This document shows, piece after piece, positions 39,254-48,458 of a stretch of DNA of 64,000 nucleotides. The stretch lies in the sequence record EF437941; one strand, written 5' to 3'. The stretch is from Escherichia phage Phi1. Below the pieces are notes generated by a model. That model was not told the DNA's origin, searched no databases, and saw only the letters and a list, made by a program, of their open reading frames with translations. The stretch's first letter is position 1; each line of letters starts with the position of its first letter. Position numbers and translations under genes: made by a program.

Positions 39254-39535
39254 TTAACCATTAATCTTGTTTTTGACTACAAAGGATCGGAACTCATCAA
39301 AGCCACCGATATAATCACCATCATAGAAAATCTGCGGCATGGTGGCAATAACTTCTACCCCTGCGCGATCCTGAATATCGGCAATGATAGAATCAATCTT
39401 TACCGGGCGACCGTTTTCGTCCACACCATCATTAACCGGAATGTAGATGTAAGGGATCTTACGCGCTTCACAAAGGCGCTTTGCATTCTGGCAATACTTA
39501 CAGTTGTAACCTTCAAAACCAAAAATTTCTACCAT
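39254..39535 (-). CDS. nrdC: NrdC thioredoxin/glutaredoxin
   Basis: CKYC active site followed by NAKRL as in T4 thioredoxin (CVYC..NAKRL); about 93 aa. Confidence 0.75.
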   Translation of the reverse strand: MVEIFGFEGYNCKYCQNAKRLCEARKIPYIYIPVNDGVDENGRPVKIDSIIADIQDRAGVEVIATMPQIFYDGDYIGGFDEFRSFVVKNKING

Positions 39536-39543
39536 GTTATACC

Positions 39544-40356
39544 TCAATCTACGTTAGTTACATAAACTTCTTGCGTATCAGAAGACTTGCCACCTGAACG
39601 ATCTAGGCAATAGGTCTTATTCAACAAGACGCAGTTTAAATCATTCCGCTTGATAAAGTCAAGAAGATGATCATTTGCCTTTCCCTTATGATGCGTGACA
39701 TTACTTATACCAAACTGAAAACCACGCGCCATAATAGATTCTACCCACTGATAGAATTTAATCTCTTCCTCGTCACTCCAGAACTTATTATATTCCGCAG
39801 AAGTGATAAGGTACGGCGGGTCCAAATAAACGAAATCACCTGGCAAGATCTCGATCTCGTCATAACGACCGGACGTAAAACTGATTCGACCGTCTTTGTT
39901 TTCTTCCTTAAAATTCAGGACACGCTCTACCGCGTTTTCGTTAAAAGTCCGGCGACCAAAATTAGCATTAAATTCGCCCTTCCTGTTATGGCGGTTAATG
40001 TTGCTAAAACTGTGCTGAATCAGAACAAACAGAGATAGCGGATCTGGATTCTCATTATACTTCTTACGGAATGCCATGTAAGCATCTTTATCATCACGAG
40101 ACAAATCATTCTCGGCAATAATCCGCTTGATCGTAGAAACCGGATCAGGACACTCGTCAATCGCTTTGTACGCTTCAATTAAGCGGTGATCATAGTCATT
40201 AGCCAGCACATCCCCTTCGACGTACAGAGACACGCTCAAGCCGCCACAAAAGGCATCAACAAAGCGGTTATAGTGCTTAGGGAAATACTTACTAACACCT
40301 GGCAATAGCTTTTCCTTATTGCCAGTATAGGGAATTAAACCTAATGCTTTCTTCAT
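39544..40356 (-). CDS. dam: DNA adenine methyltransferase Dam
   Basis: 270 aa; FCGG SAM-binding motif and DPPY catalytic motif; collinear with T4 Dam as remembered. Confidence 0.9.
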   Translation of the reverse strand: MKKALGLIPYTGNKEKLLPGVSKYFPKHYNRFVDAFCGGLSVSLYVEGDVLANDYDHRLIEAYKAIDECPDPVSTIKRIIAENDLSRDDKDAYMAFRKKYNENPDPLSLFVLIQHSFSNINRHNRKGEFNANFGRRTFNENAVERVLNFKEENKDGRISFTSGRYDEIEILPGDFVYLDPPYLITSAEYNKFWSDEEEIKFYQWVESIMARGFQFGISNVTHHKGKANDHLLDFIKRNDLNCVLLNKTYCLDRSGGKSSDTQEVYVTNVD

Positions 40357-40787
40357 TATCCCTTCCTCAAATAAGTTCTCTCAATCTCTACCAGTTCGAA
40401 AAATTCTTGCCAATCACACGGAAAATTGCAGTTTCCGAAATGATCCTCTTTGTAAAGTTCTTTACCGGATGGCAGCTTAATATCTGTTACGCTGTAGTAT
40501 CCGCAACAATCGCAATCACCCTCTGTATATTTTGTTTTAGTCGGAATATCCATCATTGCCAGATACAAAGGTACATCGTCTTGCTCAAAGTTCATGTAAC
40601 CTTCATGGTCGAATGAAACAAAGTTATCATCGCCACCGAAAGGGATATAATGGTCATAATCGGTTACAGGTTGACCGTGTAATTCCCATTCTACAATTTT
40701 AACATTACCACTAAACTTTATACCCATAATTTCAACAAGAAAATGAGTATCGTCAATGTAAATCTTACTAGGGGTTGGATAAACCAT
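40356..40787 (-). CDS. hypothetical protein
   Basis: 143-aa ORF. Confidence 0.5.
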   Translation of the reverse strand: MVYPTPSKIYIDDTHFLVEIMGIKFSGNVKIVEWELHGQPVTDYDHYIPFGGDDNFVSFDHEGYMNFEQDDVPLYLAMMDIPTKTKYTEGDCDCCGYYSVTDIKLPSGKELYKEDHFGNCNFPCDWQEFFELVEIERTYLRKG

Positions 40788-40797
40788 TATATAATCC

Positions 40798-41094
40798 TCA
40801 TATCTCAGAGAATAGAATCTCTGTTAGCTTCACTGACTGCTCTCTGAATGTTAGCGTATACTCGAAAGGAAAGTCAACACCTAATTTCAGAAGAGAATAG
40901 CCTACCGCCTCTTTATGTTTATCGGTTAGGGCGATCCTAACCAATTCCCGTTGAATCTCTTTAGGCGGTGAATGGATAGTAACACGGGTATCATGTAATG
41001 TCCAGTCACCATTTCGAATTAAGATTAACGGTTTATCATCATTGAAGATCACCGACCCCTTTCCGGTCGGTGAGTGTTTTATATTAATCATCAA
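40798..41094 (-). CDS. hypothetical protein
   Basis: 98-aa ORF. Confidence 0.5.
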   Translation of the reverse strand: MMINIKHSPTGKGSVIFNDDKPLILIRNGDWTLHDTRVTIHSPPKEIQRELVRIALTDKHKEAVGYSLLKLGVDFPFEYTLTFREQSVKLTEILFSEI

Positions 41095-41305
41095 ATTCTA
41101 AGAAATATTCTGGAACGATATAACCGTTAAAGTCATTACACTTATAAAAATGTGGTGCATTTAATGCTGGATGAGCATTAGTAAAGAGTTTACCCTCTAG
41201 AAACAGAATGTAATTAATAGGTCTAATACCGACAGAATCAGGGTCTAAACCTTTTTCTTTCAGTTCAGCCAGCGTTAAAACTCGTCCAGATCGTAACTTA
41301 GCCAT
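41084..41305 (-). CDS. hypothetical protein
   Basis: 73-aa ORF. Confidence 0.45.
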   Translation of the reverse strand: MAKLRSGRVLTLAELKEKGLDPDSVGIRPINYILFLEGKLFTNAHPALNAPHFYKCNDFNGYIVPEYFLEFDD

Positions 41306-41591
41306 GATTTACCCCCAATTCATCAAGATTATGTCGCAGCATTTCAGAGTATTTTTCTACTTCCTTAATCTTAGTGTGGATCTCCACGATCTCATCTTCA
41401 CTATCAGAAAGTTTAATGGCAATAGGGGTGCTGCTTTTACCCACCTTGATCGCTTCTTTCAGTTCAACCAACATGTCCGCGTGTTTCAATAGTAATTCTT
41501 CACGTTGAACATAAGCTACGGTCAAAGCCTCATCAGCGATTTCTAAAGCATTTTCAGCGACACCAACAACCATTTTACGAGTAGACAGCAT
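41298..41591 (-). CDS. hypothetical protein
   Basis: 97-aa ORF. Confidence 0.45.
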   Translation of the reverse strand: MLSTRKMVVGVAENALEIADEALTVAYVQREELLLKHADMLVELKEAIKVGKSSTPIAIKLSDSEDEIVEIHTKIKEVEKYSEMLRHNLDELGVNHG

Positions 41592-41605
41592 AAATTCACC
41601 TCACA

Positions 41606-41914
41606 TTATTTCACATTAACGCCGTCATCAATCCAGCCGACGCTATTTGGTTTAACAGTTTTACCATAGGATGCATACTTAATCAAGCATGGTTTAACAT
41701 CATTATCAAATCTTCCTAAACGTACCCCAAGATCAGGAATATCCATGTATGCGGCTTTATATCCCCATGTGCCATATTCAGAATCAATCTCAACCGGACG
41801 GCCTTTAAAAGCATACACTACACCGTGACGGTCAACGATAACATAGCAATAACCAGCCGGAAGATACACAGTTTCGCCGTAAACTTTAACTGGAGTAGCA
41901 GAAGAGATAAACAT
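41606..41914 (-). CDS. hypothetical protein
   Basis: 102-aa ORF. Confidence 0.5.
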   Translation of the reverse strand: MFISSATPVKVYGETVYLPAGYCYVIVDRHGVVYAFKGRPVEIDSEYGTWGYKAAYMDIPDLGVRLGRFDNDVKPCLIKYASYGKTVKPNSVGWIDDGVNVK

Positions 41915-41984
41915 AATATAATCCTCACATCGTTCATTTGATGCGGTTATTATAGATTAACCGCATTTTCATGTCAAACAGTTT

Positions 41985-42293
41985 TTAAAAATCTTCTTCC
42001 GGTTTATATCGACCGTCATCGACTGGTTTTGGACTGAATCCGGTATGTGTGCGCGGCTTCGCTTCCGGTTTACCGGCAATCATCAAACCAAAACATTTCA
42101 GCCCTTTATAACACATAACAATATTAACCACGCTCCAAGTTATAGGCCATATAATAGAACAAATGGCATATGCTCCAATATCGACCTCTTTGGTGTCCTT
42201 GTCGAATCTGGCATACAAGCAAATTATAAGATAGGTGATCATTGCACCAGTAGGCCAAATATAAAGCACATTAACAATATCTTGTGTTGTCAC
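41985..42293 (-). CDS. hypothetical membrane protein
   Basis: 102 aa, two hydrophobic segments. Confidence 0.5.
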   Translation of the reverse strand: MTTQDIVNVLYIWPTGAMITYLIICLYARFDKDTKEVDIGAYAICSIIWPITWSVVNIVMCYKGLKCFGLMIAGKPEAKPRTHTGFSPKPVDDGRYKPEEDF

Positions 42294-42302
42294 GTTATCC
42301 TC

Positions 42303-42581
42303 CTACATGTCTTGCAGAGCATAAAAGCATTTTTCTTCGTAGTCATAGAAAATGTCAAAGTATGCTTTTTCTACATACTCACCATTGATCCAAGCGGCAG
42401 TAACAATCAGAGTGGTCCAGTTAGATCCGCTCTCAACGGTAAAGGTTTTAATACCCAGCTTAACAGCCAAGTCACGAGCAAACTGGTCGCAACCACGACA
42501 GGATGTGATATTGGAAGTTTTGATTTTAAAGCCACCGCGAGTTTTAGAAATTTCTACTTTAGCGAAAGACAGGTTGCTCAT
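42303..42581 (-). CDS. hypothetical protein
   Basis: 92-aa ORF with cassette RBS. Confidence 0.5.
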   Translation of the reverse strand: MSNLSFAKVEISKTRGGFKIKTSNITSCRGCDQFARDLAVKLGIKTFTVESGSNWTTLIVTAAWINGEYVEKAYFDIFYDYEEKCFYALQDM

Positions 42582-42623
42582 TTTGATTCTCCTTAAGAAA
42601 GTATGTTTCGTTTTGATGTGTGT

Positions 42624-42652
42624 AGTATAGGGGATACGTGATCCCCTGTCAA
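42624..42652 (-). promoter_or_regulatory. early promoter (PeSL-type)
   Basis: TTGACA GGGGATCACGTATCCCC TATACT: spacer is a perfect palindrome. Confidence 0.5.
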
Positions 42653-42659
42653 CAACTTT

Positions 42660-42989
42660 TTATGATTTTAGTGAATTAACTACTACATCAAAATGATGTA
42701 CAGAGTACACCTTACGAAACACGTATTCATCATGTTTAGGAATCGCCCCTAACCGCTCTATTTCGCTCGCTGACACGATAAACCGCTTATCTGGTGCATT
42801 TACCTTATATGCTTCAACAACGCACGGAAAACGCGTTTTAGCGAGTTCTGGATAGTTTTCCGAATCCATCAGGACAATGAATACCCTATTACATTGATTG
42901 TAGAATCCTGTTTTTGATTTCATCAAGTTTTCTTCTCTGTGAAATTCGTGCAATCTTCCTTTCATGATTTCGTTGGTTCCTGTCTTCAT
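42660..42989 (-). CDS. hypothetical protein
   Basis: ORF; start uncertain (overlaps upstream ORF). Confidence 0.45.
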   Translation of the reverse strand: MKTGTNEIMKGRLHEFHREENLMKSKTGFYNQCNRVFIVLMDSENYPELAKTRFPCVVEAYKVNAPDKRFIVSASEIERLGAIPKHDEYVFRKVYSVHHFDVVVNSLKS

Positions 42990-43230
42990 AGTCTACCCAC
43001 TCAACAAGGTCTTTACCTAACTCGAAAGCCCATTCTCGGTCCTGCTTTACGTTTTGTAGGTATGGGCTTTCCGACACTCGACGAAGTGATGTTGTCGTAA
43101 CAAGAATGATCCCAGGAATGGTCGGATGTTCCTTGCCATATACAATAGGACGCGAGTTACTATCAATACCTTGTAAGAAGGTGTATCCTGAATCACTTAG
43201 AATCATATACTTTTTCATTTCACACATCAC
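42889..43230 (-). CDS. hypothetical protein
   Basis: 113-aa ORF. Confidence 0.45.
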   Translation of the reverse strand: MMCEMKKYMILSDSGYTFLQGIDSNSRPIVYGKEHPTIPGIILVTTTSLRRVSESPYLQNVKQDREWAFELGKDLVEWVDYEDRNQRNHERKIARISQRRKLDEIKNRILQSM

Positions 43231-43487
43231 AGTTTCCTCAACCAGTTATTAAAGCGAGTAAACCATGATGCTTTTCGTGCTTCTTCTTCGGCTTTGCACG
43301 CACGCAAACCACTGAAACACCATTCATAATCATCACTGAAACATGATTCAACAGGAACACCCGCATTTCGTAGTTCTCTGGTCGTTATCATGAATCCTTG
43401 ACATAATGGGCGACCTTCAACAATGATAGGAAGTTTAACTTTTTCCATGAAAGTATACCCAGCACGGTCAATAATTTCAATCTTCAT
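43227..43487 (-). CDS. paralog family B protein
   Basis: MKIEIIDRAGYTFMEKVKLPIIVEGR...; paralog of 43505..43702 and 45820..46041. Confidence 0.5.
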   Translation of the reverse strand: MKIEIIDRAGYTFMEKVKLPIIVEGRPLCQGFMITTRELRNAGVPVESCFSDDYEWCFSGLRACKAEEEARKASWFTRFNNWLRKL

Positions 43488-43504
43488 AATATAATCTCAA
43501 TTAG

Positions 43505-43702
43505 TTATACCGCCCAGGCTTCATTTGCACGAAAACACCATTCATACTCAGGAAAATAACCTTTAATTGGTACGCCAGCTTTTTGTAGTTCCTGCGTTTC
43601 TACAAGATAATCAAGCCCATAACGACGACCTTCCACGATGATAGGAAGTTTAACGCCATTCATGAAAGAAAATCCACCGTCATCAATAATTTCAATTTTC
43701 AT
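43505..43702 (-). CDS. paralog family B protein
   Basis: MKIEIIDDGGFSFMNGVKLPIIVEGR...YEWCF. Confidence 0.5.
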   Translation of the reverse strand: MKIEIIDDGGFSFMNGVKLPIIVEGRRYGLDYLVETQELQKAGVPIKGYFPEYEWCFRANEAWAV

Positions 43703-43946
43703 TTACATTATCTCCATAGATCTTTCCAGCAATATCAATTTCACCAGCGCGAACATCTAGGATAAGATGCGGTAGGTGTATGCAGTTTTCCCACCCTACG
43801 CGCTTCATTTCTTCTACGGTAACGTAAGCCCACCCGTTCGCTGTAATAAAGTCTACTTCAACCTTGATAGGAAAGCAAGACTTTTCTATGTCTTCGAATC
43901 CGACAATATGTTTTGTTGTTGAATATGGAATATATCCGGTGATCAT
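43692..43946 (-). CDS. hypothetical protein
   Basis: 84-aa ORF. Confidence 0.45.
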   Translation of the reverse strand: MITGYIPYSTTKHIVGFEDIEKSCFPIKVEVDFITANGWAYVTVEEMKRVGWENCIHLPHLILDVRAGEIDIAGKIYGDNVNEN

Positions 43947-44404
43947 TTTGTGATCTCCTTATACTCAACACACCATAAGCGGGTAGCCCATGATAAACGC
44001 TCATAACGCTGGCAGAAATCGGACCATAGATATTGTGCACCGTTCGGCATAGTTGAAATATGCGTTTTCTCTCCAACTTTCACGAAAGAAGTATTCGATT
44101 TTGTGATCTCGACCGGAGTATATCCGAAAGCGGGTTCCAATCCAACATCTGAACTAAATTCCAATTTAACAGAATTTGTTTTTCTGACCGCTGTACGGTT
44201 TCCTTCTGGGTATAGCACAGCAGGTTTAGCGCCTAAGCGGATAAACTCAGTGTTTTTAATAAACAGAATATCATGATAACCGTCATATTCCGACACTTCC
44301 ATAGTAACAGGAAAATCGATATGTGCTAAACCTGGTAGATCTCGCATATCATGAAATGTAGCCATCAACTTTTTCATCTTGTATGCCTCACTCTTCTGTT
44401 TCAT
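43943..44404 (-). CDS. hypothetical protein
   Basis: 153-aa ORF. Confidence 0.5.
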   Translation of the reverse strand: MKQKSEAYKMKKLMATFHDMRDLPGLAHIDFPVTMEVSEYDGYHDILFIKNTEFIRLGAKPAVLYPEGNRTAVRKTNSVKLEFSSDVGLEPAFGYTPVEITKSNTSFVKVGEKTHISTMPNGAQYLWSDFCQRYERLSWATRLWCVEYKEITK

Positions 44405-44624
44405 TTCTTTTATATGGTACTATAACAGGATTAATACAGCAAGCACCAATTACGTTATGAGCACCACAATTTAAACATTTATAGTCATGGAACTTATTAA
44501 GAAATCGACCAAACTCATAACCGACTAGCGCCGCATGTACTTGAGTCTCGATCTCATCCATATCAGCCAATGTTTTAACCTTCATAGTATAATCCTCAAA
44601 TGGTAGTTTTGCGAAGATGGTCAT
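44388..44624 (-). CDS. hypothetical protein
   Basis: 78-aa ORF. Confidence 0.45.
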   Translation of the reverse strand: MTIFAKLPFEDYTMKVKTLADMDEIETQVHAALVGYEFGRFLNKFHDYKCLNCGAHNVIGACCINPVIVPYKRNETEE

Positions 44625-44886
44625 TACATGCTTTTAATGCATCGGTCGCGGTGTCATAGCGAGTATTATCATAGCACCAATAACCATCTGTCAACTGATA
44701 AATTAATCCATCCTTTTTAGCTTCGATGAAAGACAACTCTTTGAAAGTTTCTACTTTCTTTGCTGATACTCCACGGTCACGGCGTTTATAGAGTTTAGCT
44801 AAAATGCGTTCAGCTTGTTCCTCTTTATCGCCAGACAGATCCCAGATGATGCTTCGGATATGCTTGATTAATTGTTCAGTGGTCAT
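44596..44886 (-). CDS. hypothetical protein
   Basis: 96-aa ORF with cassette RBS. Confidence 0.5.
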   Translation of the reverse strand: MTTEQLIKHIRSIIWDLSGDKEEQAERILAKLYKRRDRGVSAKKVETFKELSFIEAKKDGLIYQLTDGYWCYDNTRYDTATDALKACNDHLRKTTI

Positions 44887-44915
44887 CTTTGATTCTCCTT
44901 AGTTGGTATGCGTGC

Positions 44916-44943
44916 ATTATAGCATTGTGATTATCTTTGTCAA
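44916..44943 (-). promoter_or_regulatory. early promoter
   Basis: TTGACA-N16-TATAAT. Confidence 0.5.
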
Positions 44944-44947
44944 CACC

Positions 44948-44981
44948 CAAAAAACAAAAAAGGCTATCCCGAAGGATAGCC
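44948..44981 (-). terminator. rho-independent terminator
   Basis: GGCTATCCTTCGGGATAGCC hairpin followed by T-run on minus strand. Confidence 0.6.
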
Positions 44982-44988
44982 CATAAAA

Positions 44989-45765
44989 TTACACGCGAGC
45001 ACCGTAGATCGTGCCTACTTTATCCCAACGAGGGGCATTACCAGTAACGGCTTTACCAGCAGCACCACCGTTATATTCTGTACCGTTACCCTGAGTATTA
45101 CATCTTCCTCCAGCAGCACCAACGTTACCTCCAGCACCGCCTGTATATGCACTAAGAGACCCCGAACCAACAGATCCTTTACCTGGAGCGGAAATGGAGC
45201 CAGCGGTTGCACCAGAACCCATATTAGAGGAAGACCCACCAGCACCGAATGGGCGACCACCGCCACCACCAAATACTAGTATACCCCTGTTACCGCCACC
45301 ACCACCGCCACCGCCGCCAACGATAGCACCGTTATTTGTAATTCGTAGACGTGTACCGATAGCGTTATTGATTGCGTTTCCACCAGCAGCGCCAGCAGCG
45401 TTACTACCACCATTACCCCCACGTCCGTAGACAGTCACACCGGAGTTAATGATCAATGTTACATATTCGTTTGTTAACGAGCTAGGGAAGTCAAGACAAG
45501 GAACGCCAGTAGAATGAGAAACAATATTACCAGTGATAGTAATTACTACCGGAGTAGATCCTTGTGCTTTCATCCAGTTAATAAGAGTGTCTTTATTGTA
45601 AGAGTTACTAGCACCAATGCTATAATGAATCTCTTTAGAGCGTCCGACCATTGCCGACATATACGCCGGACGACCTAAGCGTACAGCTTGCATTGCGGCG
45701 CTCATCCACCGTTGACCAGTCTCGGACACCGCAGATGATCCTACCCATCCAGAAGATATTGCCAT
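44989..45765 (-). CDS. glycine-rich protein (function unknown)
   Basis: 258 aa; globular N-terminal region then long Gly/Ala/Ser/Asn low-complexity region with G9 run; GAGGA RBS; own terminator. Confidence 0.6.
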   Translation of the reverse strand: MAISSGWVGSSAVSETGQRWMSAAMQAVRLGRPAYMSAMVGRSKEIHYSIGASNSYNKDTLINWMKAQGSTPVVITITGNIVSHSTGVPCLDFPSSLTNEYVTLIINSGVTVYGRGGNGGSNAAGAAGGNAINNAIGTRLRITNNGAIVGGGGGGGGGNRGILVFGGGGGRPFGAGGSSSNMGSGATAGSISAPGKGSVGSGSLSAYTGGAGGNVGAAGGRCNTQGNGTEYNGGAAGKAVTGNAPRWDKVGTIYGARV

Positions 45766-45819
45766 AAAATTTCCTCACAAGAAAAGCCCCAATTAAGGGG
45801 CATTGATTGATAATATTAC

Positions 45820-46041
45820 TTAGATGACCTCTGCTTCACCATCCAGGAAGAAAGACCATGTTTTGTTAGGATAGCGAAGCGCCCATGATTCAGCAGTTTT
45901 AACACCAGCTTCGAACAATTGACGGCTGGTTACTTTAGCCATACCATCTTCGATGGCAACGTTTTCAATAATCATCGGGTACTTAGCGCCACGCATGAAA
46001 CCGAAACCAGCGGAAGATTTGATAATTTTAACAGTTGCCAT
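45820..46041 (-). CDS. paralog family B protein
   Basis: MATVKIIKSSAGFGFMRGAKYPMIIENV...; internal ATG after GGAGAATCAAAA. Confidence 0.5.
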   Translation of the reverse strand: MATVKIIKSSAGFGFMRGAKYPMIIENVAIEDGMAKVTSRQLFEAGVKTAESWALRYPNKTWSFFLDGEAEVI

Positions 46042-46080
46042 TTTTGATTCTCCTAGAAAGTGTCGTGTTTCGATGGGTGT

Positions 46081-46110
46081 ATTATGCAATAACACCGGAA
46101 CGATGTCAAC
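46081..46110 (-). promoter_or_regulatory. early promoter
   Basis: TTGACA-N17-CATAAT. Confidence 0.5.
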
Positions 46111-46127
46111 ACTTTCTAAGAAAAATT

Positions 46128-46412
46128 TTAAATTAATCGAATATAGCCCAGAATTTCAGCACCTTTAGCTAGTCCTAAAACCTCCCATTCAAGGTCGCCG
46201 TAGTCATAATTTGCAACCATCAGTTCACCGTTTTTCATGCAGCAATCATGAGAGAAAATTTGCCCCGCATAAACTACGATAGTAATAAACTTTCCTGATT
46301 CTGGCGGTATGGAAGACAAAGCGACCATATGACCATTCAGCTTAGTCACCAGTGATGGAACAATAAAATTCGGGCTTACCTGAATACCGTTAAATTCGTT
46401 TGTGTCTTTCAT
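46128..46412 (-). CDS. hypothetical protein
   Basis: 94-aa ORF. Confidence 0.45.
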   Translation of the reverse strand: MKDTNEFNGIQVSPNFIVPSLVTKLNGHMVALSSIPPESGKFITIVVYAGQIFSHDCCMKNGELMVANYDYGDLEWEVLGLAKGAEILGYIRLI

Positions 46413-46759
46413 GCCAGACCTCGCAAAACACTAATAGCATAATCATGCTGGTTATTCATAATATCAATTGCATTGTGATAACGAGCTAAACCATCAAGGA
46501 TAAATTCTTGTTTATCCTGTTTCAGTTTGGTATCACGCGCAGCCATAAGAGCATCGAGAACAGGTCCAAAGTGATTATCTAATTCATCTTCGGTTGCAAT
46601 GTTTCCTATTGCATCGTCGATCCGTGATTCTAATGCTTGCTTTTCGTTGATCACTTGCTGGGTATATTCCAACACATCAAGAATATCGCGGGTAACGTCG
46701 CCATGATAAGGTATCCCCGCATGAAGATGATCAATTAATCGCTGAATATCAATGTTCAT
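46409..46759 (-). CDS. hypothetical protein
   Basis: 116-aa ORF. Confidence 0.5.
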   Translation of the reverse strand: MNIDIQRLIDHLHAGIPYHGDVTRDILDVLEYTQQVINEKQALESRIDDAIGNIATEDELDNHFGPVLDALMAARDTKLKQDKQEFILDGLARYHNAIDIMNNQHDYAISVLRGLA

Positions 46760-47094
46760 TTGTAACCCTCCTCTGAAAGCACATCCCAGATCGTTGCGTC
46801 AAGATGCATTAAATTCCACATAATAGAGTCATAACTACCGAAGCCAGAAGTAAAAATTACATCACACTGGCGATAAGTCTTATGAAAATCGGTAGCGGTC
46901 TTTGCGTCAATAGGCATATCGTCACCGGAAAGCACCAGACATTTAAGAATCATAACTCTGTTAGCCGTTGGCGCTTGCTTAGTCTTTTCAGCATATTTTT
47001 CGATGATCCGTTTTGCCTTTTCTTCTTTGATACGTCCAGACCAAATCCGGTTTCGGTATTGATTCATAATAATTTCAATCACATCATTTTGCAT
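46756..47094 (-). CDS. hypothetical protein
   Basis: 112-aa ORF. Confidence 0.5.
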   Translation of the reverse strand: MQNDVIEIIMNQYRNRIWSGRIKEEKAKRIIEKYAEKTKQAPTANRVMILKCLVLSGDDMPIDAKTATDFHKTYRQCDVIFTSGFGSYDSIMWNLMHLDATIWDVLSEEGYK

Positions 47095-47293
47095 TCTTCA
47101 CGGTCTCCATAATTGTTTTGTAAGCCAGTTTAAGATGATCACCGAAAAACTTTGCAGTGTTACCCTTCGGATCGCGGAGCATGGTTTCTACGATCTCATC
47201 GGCAGTAACAATTTCTCCTTTCTTTGCTGCATGTTCTACCATATACTTCAAAGTTTCTTCGGAAGCAAGTGCTGCGGCTACTGGATTAATCAT
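47084..47293 (-). CDS. hypothetical protein
   Basis: 69-aa ORF with cassette RBS. Confidence 0.5.
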   Translation of the reverse strand: MINPVAAALASEETLKYMVEHAAKKGEIVTADEIVETMLRDPKGNTAKFFGDHLKLAYKTIMETVKNAK

Positions 47294-47322
47294 TTTGATT
47301 CTCCTTTGTTGTCGATGTGTGC

Positions 47323-47351
47323 ATTATGCTATACCATGATCCGGTTGTCAA
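47323..47351 (-). promoter_or_regulatory. early promoter
   Basis: TTGACA-N17-CATAAT. Confidence 0.5.
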
Positions 47352-47361
47352 CACCTAAAAA

Positions 47362-47387
47362 CGAAAAAGCCACCCTTTCGGATGGCT
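47362..47387 (-). terminator. rho-independent terminator
   Basis: AGCCATCCGAAAGGGTGGCT hairpin followed by T-run. Confidence 0.55.
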
Positions 47388-47402
47388 TTTGATTATATTT
47401 TA

Positions 47403-47700
47403 TTCACGTCCATTTGTATAGTAGTGTTTGAATCGACCGTAACCAGTTTCAATGGTCATTGTTCTTTGGTGAACAATAGCCCAATAACCGTTACAGGAAT
47501 ATTGCAGATACAAATCTTTACCTTTCATAAACTCATTAAAGATTGTTTCTGCCAGTCATAATAGACAACATCTTCAAGTTACCCATCCATGCGGGTCTTC
47601 CGATTCGGCAGTAATTGAACACGCGAAAGTATGAGGAAGCCAAATGGTTGTGTTAATGCTAGTTTTCTTTTACTTCTGGTATGTATCCCACTGTGACTAA
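47403..47700 (-). pseudogene. possible decayed gene / gene remnant
   Basis: three short minus-strand ORF fragments (14, about 40, and 42 codons) in different frames, no long ORF, no obvious RBS. Confidence 0.25.
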
Positions 47701-47702
47701 CA

Positions 47703-48101
47703 TTAAGCCAGTCGAGTGAGTTTATAAATTGTTTTAAAGCATAGAGCTTTGATATCGTCTAAAACACTCTGTAACGAGCTATCAACATCATTATAAATCT
47801 CACTAGCCATTTGCGTTAACTCTTGCAAATAGGCAATTTCGCTAATCTCCTTGCGGACGACCAACGTTGGCTGATAACGACCAGTGATCCCAATATTGGT
47901 TTCAGTGAAATTATCAACCAATTCTTGCATTTCAAGATAGAACTCTTCTAGAGCCTTATGTTTTGCATAAGACCCCGGACCAGTTACCCCAAAATGCGCA
48001 GAATGCATATAAGTAACACTCATCAGACATTCACCGATAAAGCGGTCAACTTTATTAGCTTTCCCATCTTCGGACGTCTTTCGAAAATCACTGAATTTCA
48101 T
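47703..48101 (-). CDS. hypothetical protein, possibly ferritin/Dps-like
   Basis: YMHSAHFGVTGPGSYAKHKALEEFY resembles Dps helix-A/B signature; shorter than Dps; start set at internal ATG. Confidence 0.45.
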   Translation of the reverse strand: MKFSDFRKTSEDGKANKVDRFIGECLMSVTYMHSAHFGVTGPGSYAKHKALEEFYLEMQELVDNFTETNIGITGRYQPTLVVRKEISEIAYLQELTQMASEIYNDVDSSLQSVLDDIKALCFKTIYKLTRLA

Positions 48102-48390
48102 GTTCTCGATTCTCCATATTATGCAACATAACAAATTGTTGTGCGGCATATTCCCCCATAATAAAACACTGCTTAGAATCCATACATTTACTACGAGCAT
48201 ACATCTTCATAATATGGGCATGAAATTTCTGGCTGGTTTCAATGGAAGGAGATATTTTGTTTACATATACTATCATTGCACCGTCGAAATAATCAGTAAA
48301 GTCACCAGTTGGATCATATTGATCAGCACTAACGCTTCCGACCGCAGTAAAGCATATTGCCGCTGTTAGAGTTTTACGAATAAATGACAT
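48088..48390 (-). CDS. rI: RI lysis-inhibition antiholin-like periplasmic protein
   Basis: 100 aa; N-terminal signal/anchor; two Cys in C-terminal domain; adjacent to tk; late-promoter motif upstream. Confidence 0.55.
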   Translation of the reverse strand: MSFIRKTLTAAICFTAVGSVSADQYDPTGDFTDYFDGAMIVYVNKISPSIETSQKFHAHIMKMYARSKCMDSKQCFIMGEYAAQQFVMLHNMENREHEIQ

Positions 48391-48423
48391 AAGTCATTCC
48401 CCCAGATTTAAAATATTCAGTTA

Positions 48424-48431
48424 TATTTATA
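48424..48431 (-). promoter_or_regulatory. T4-type late promoter motif TATAAATA
   Basis: exact TATAAATA on minus strand about 35 nt upstream of the rI-like ATG. Confidence 0.45.
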
Positions 48432-48458
48432 ATCTGGGGCTTTATTTATGATTAACTC

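Noticed and set aside
43858-44076. 72-aa minus-strand ORF overlapping two annotated ORFs
   Set aside because: Embedded in alternative frame without RBS
45194-45430. Plus-strand proline-rich ORF (PPPPPPPPP)
   Set aside because: It is the reverse-complement shadow of the glycine-rich minus-strand gene, which has the RBS, promoter and terminator
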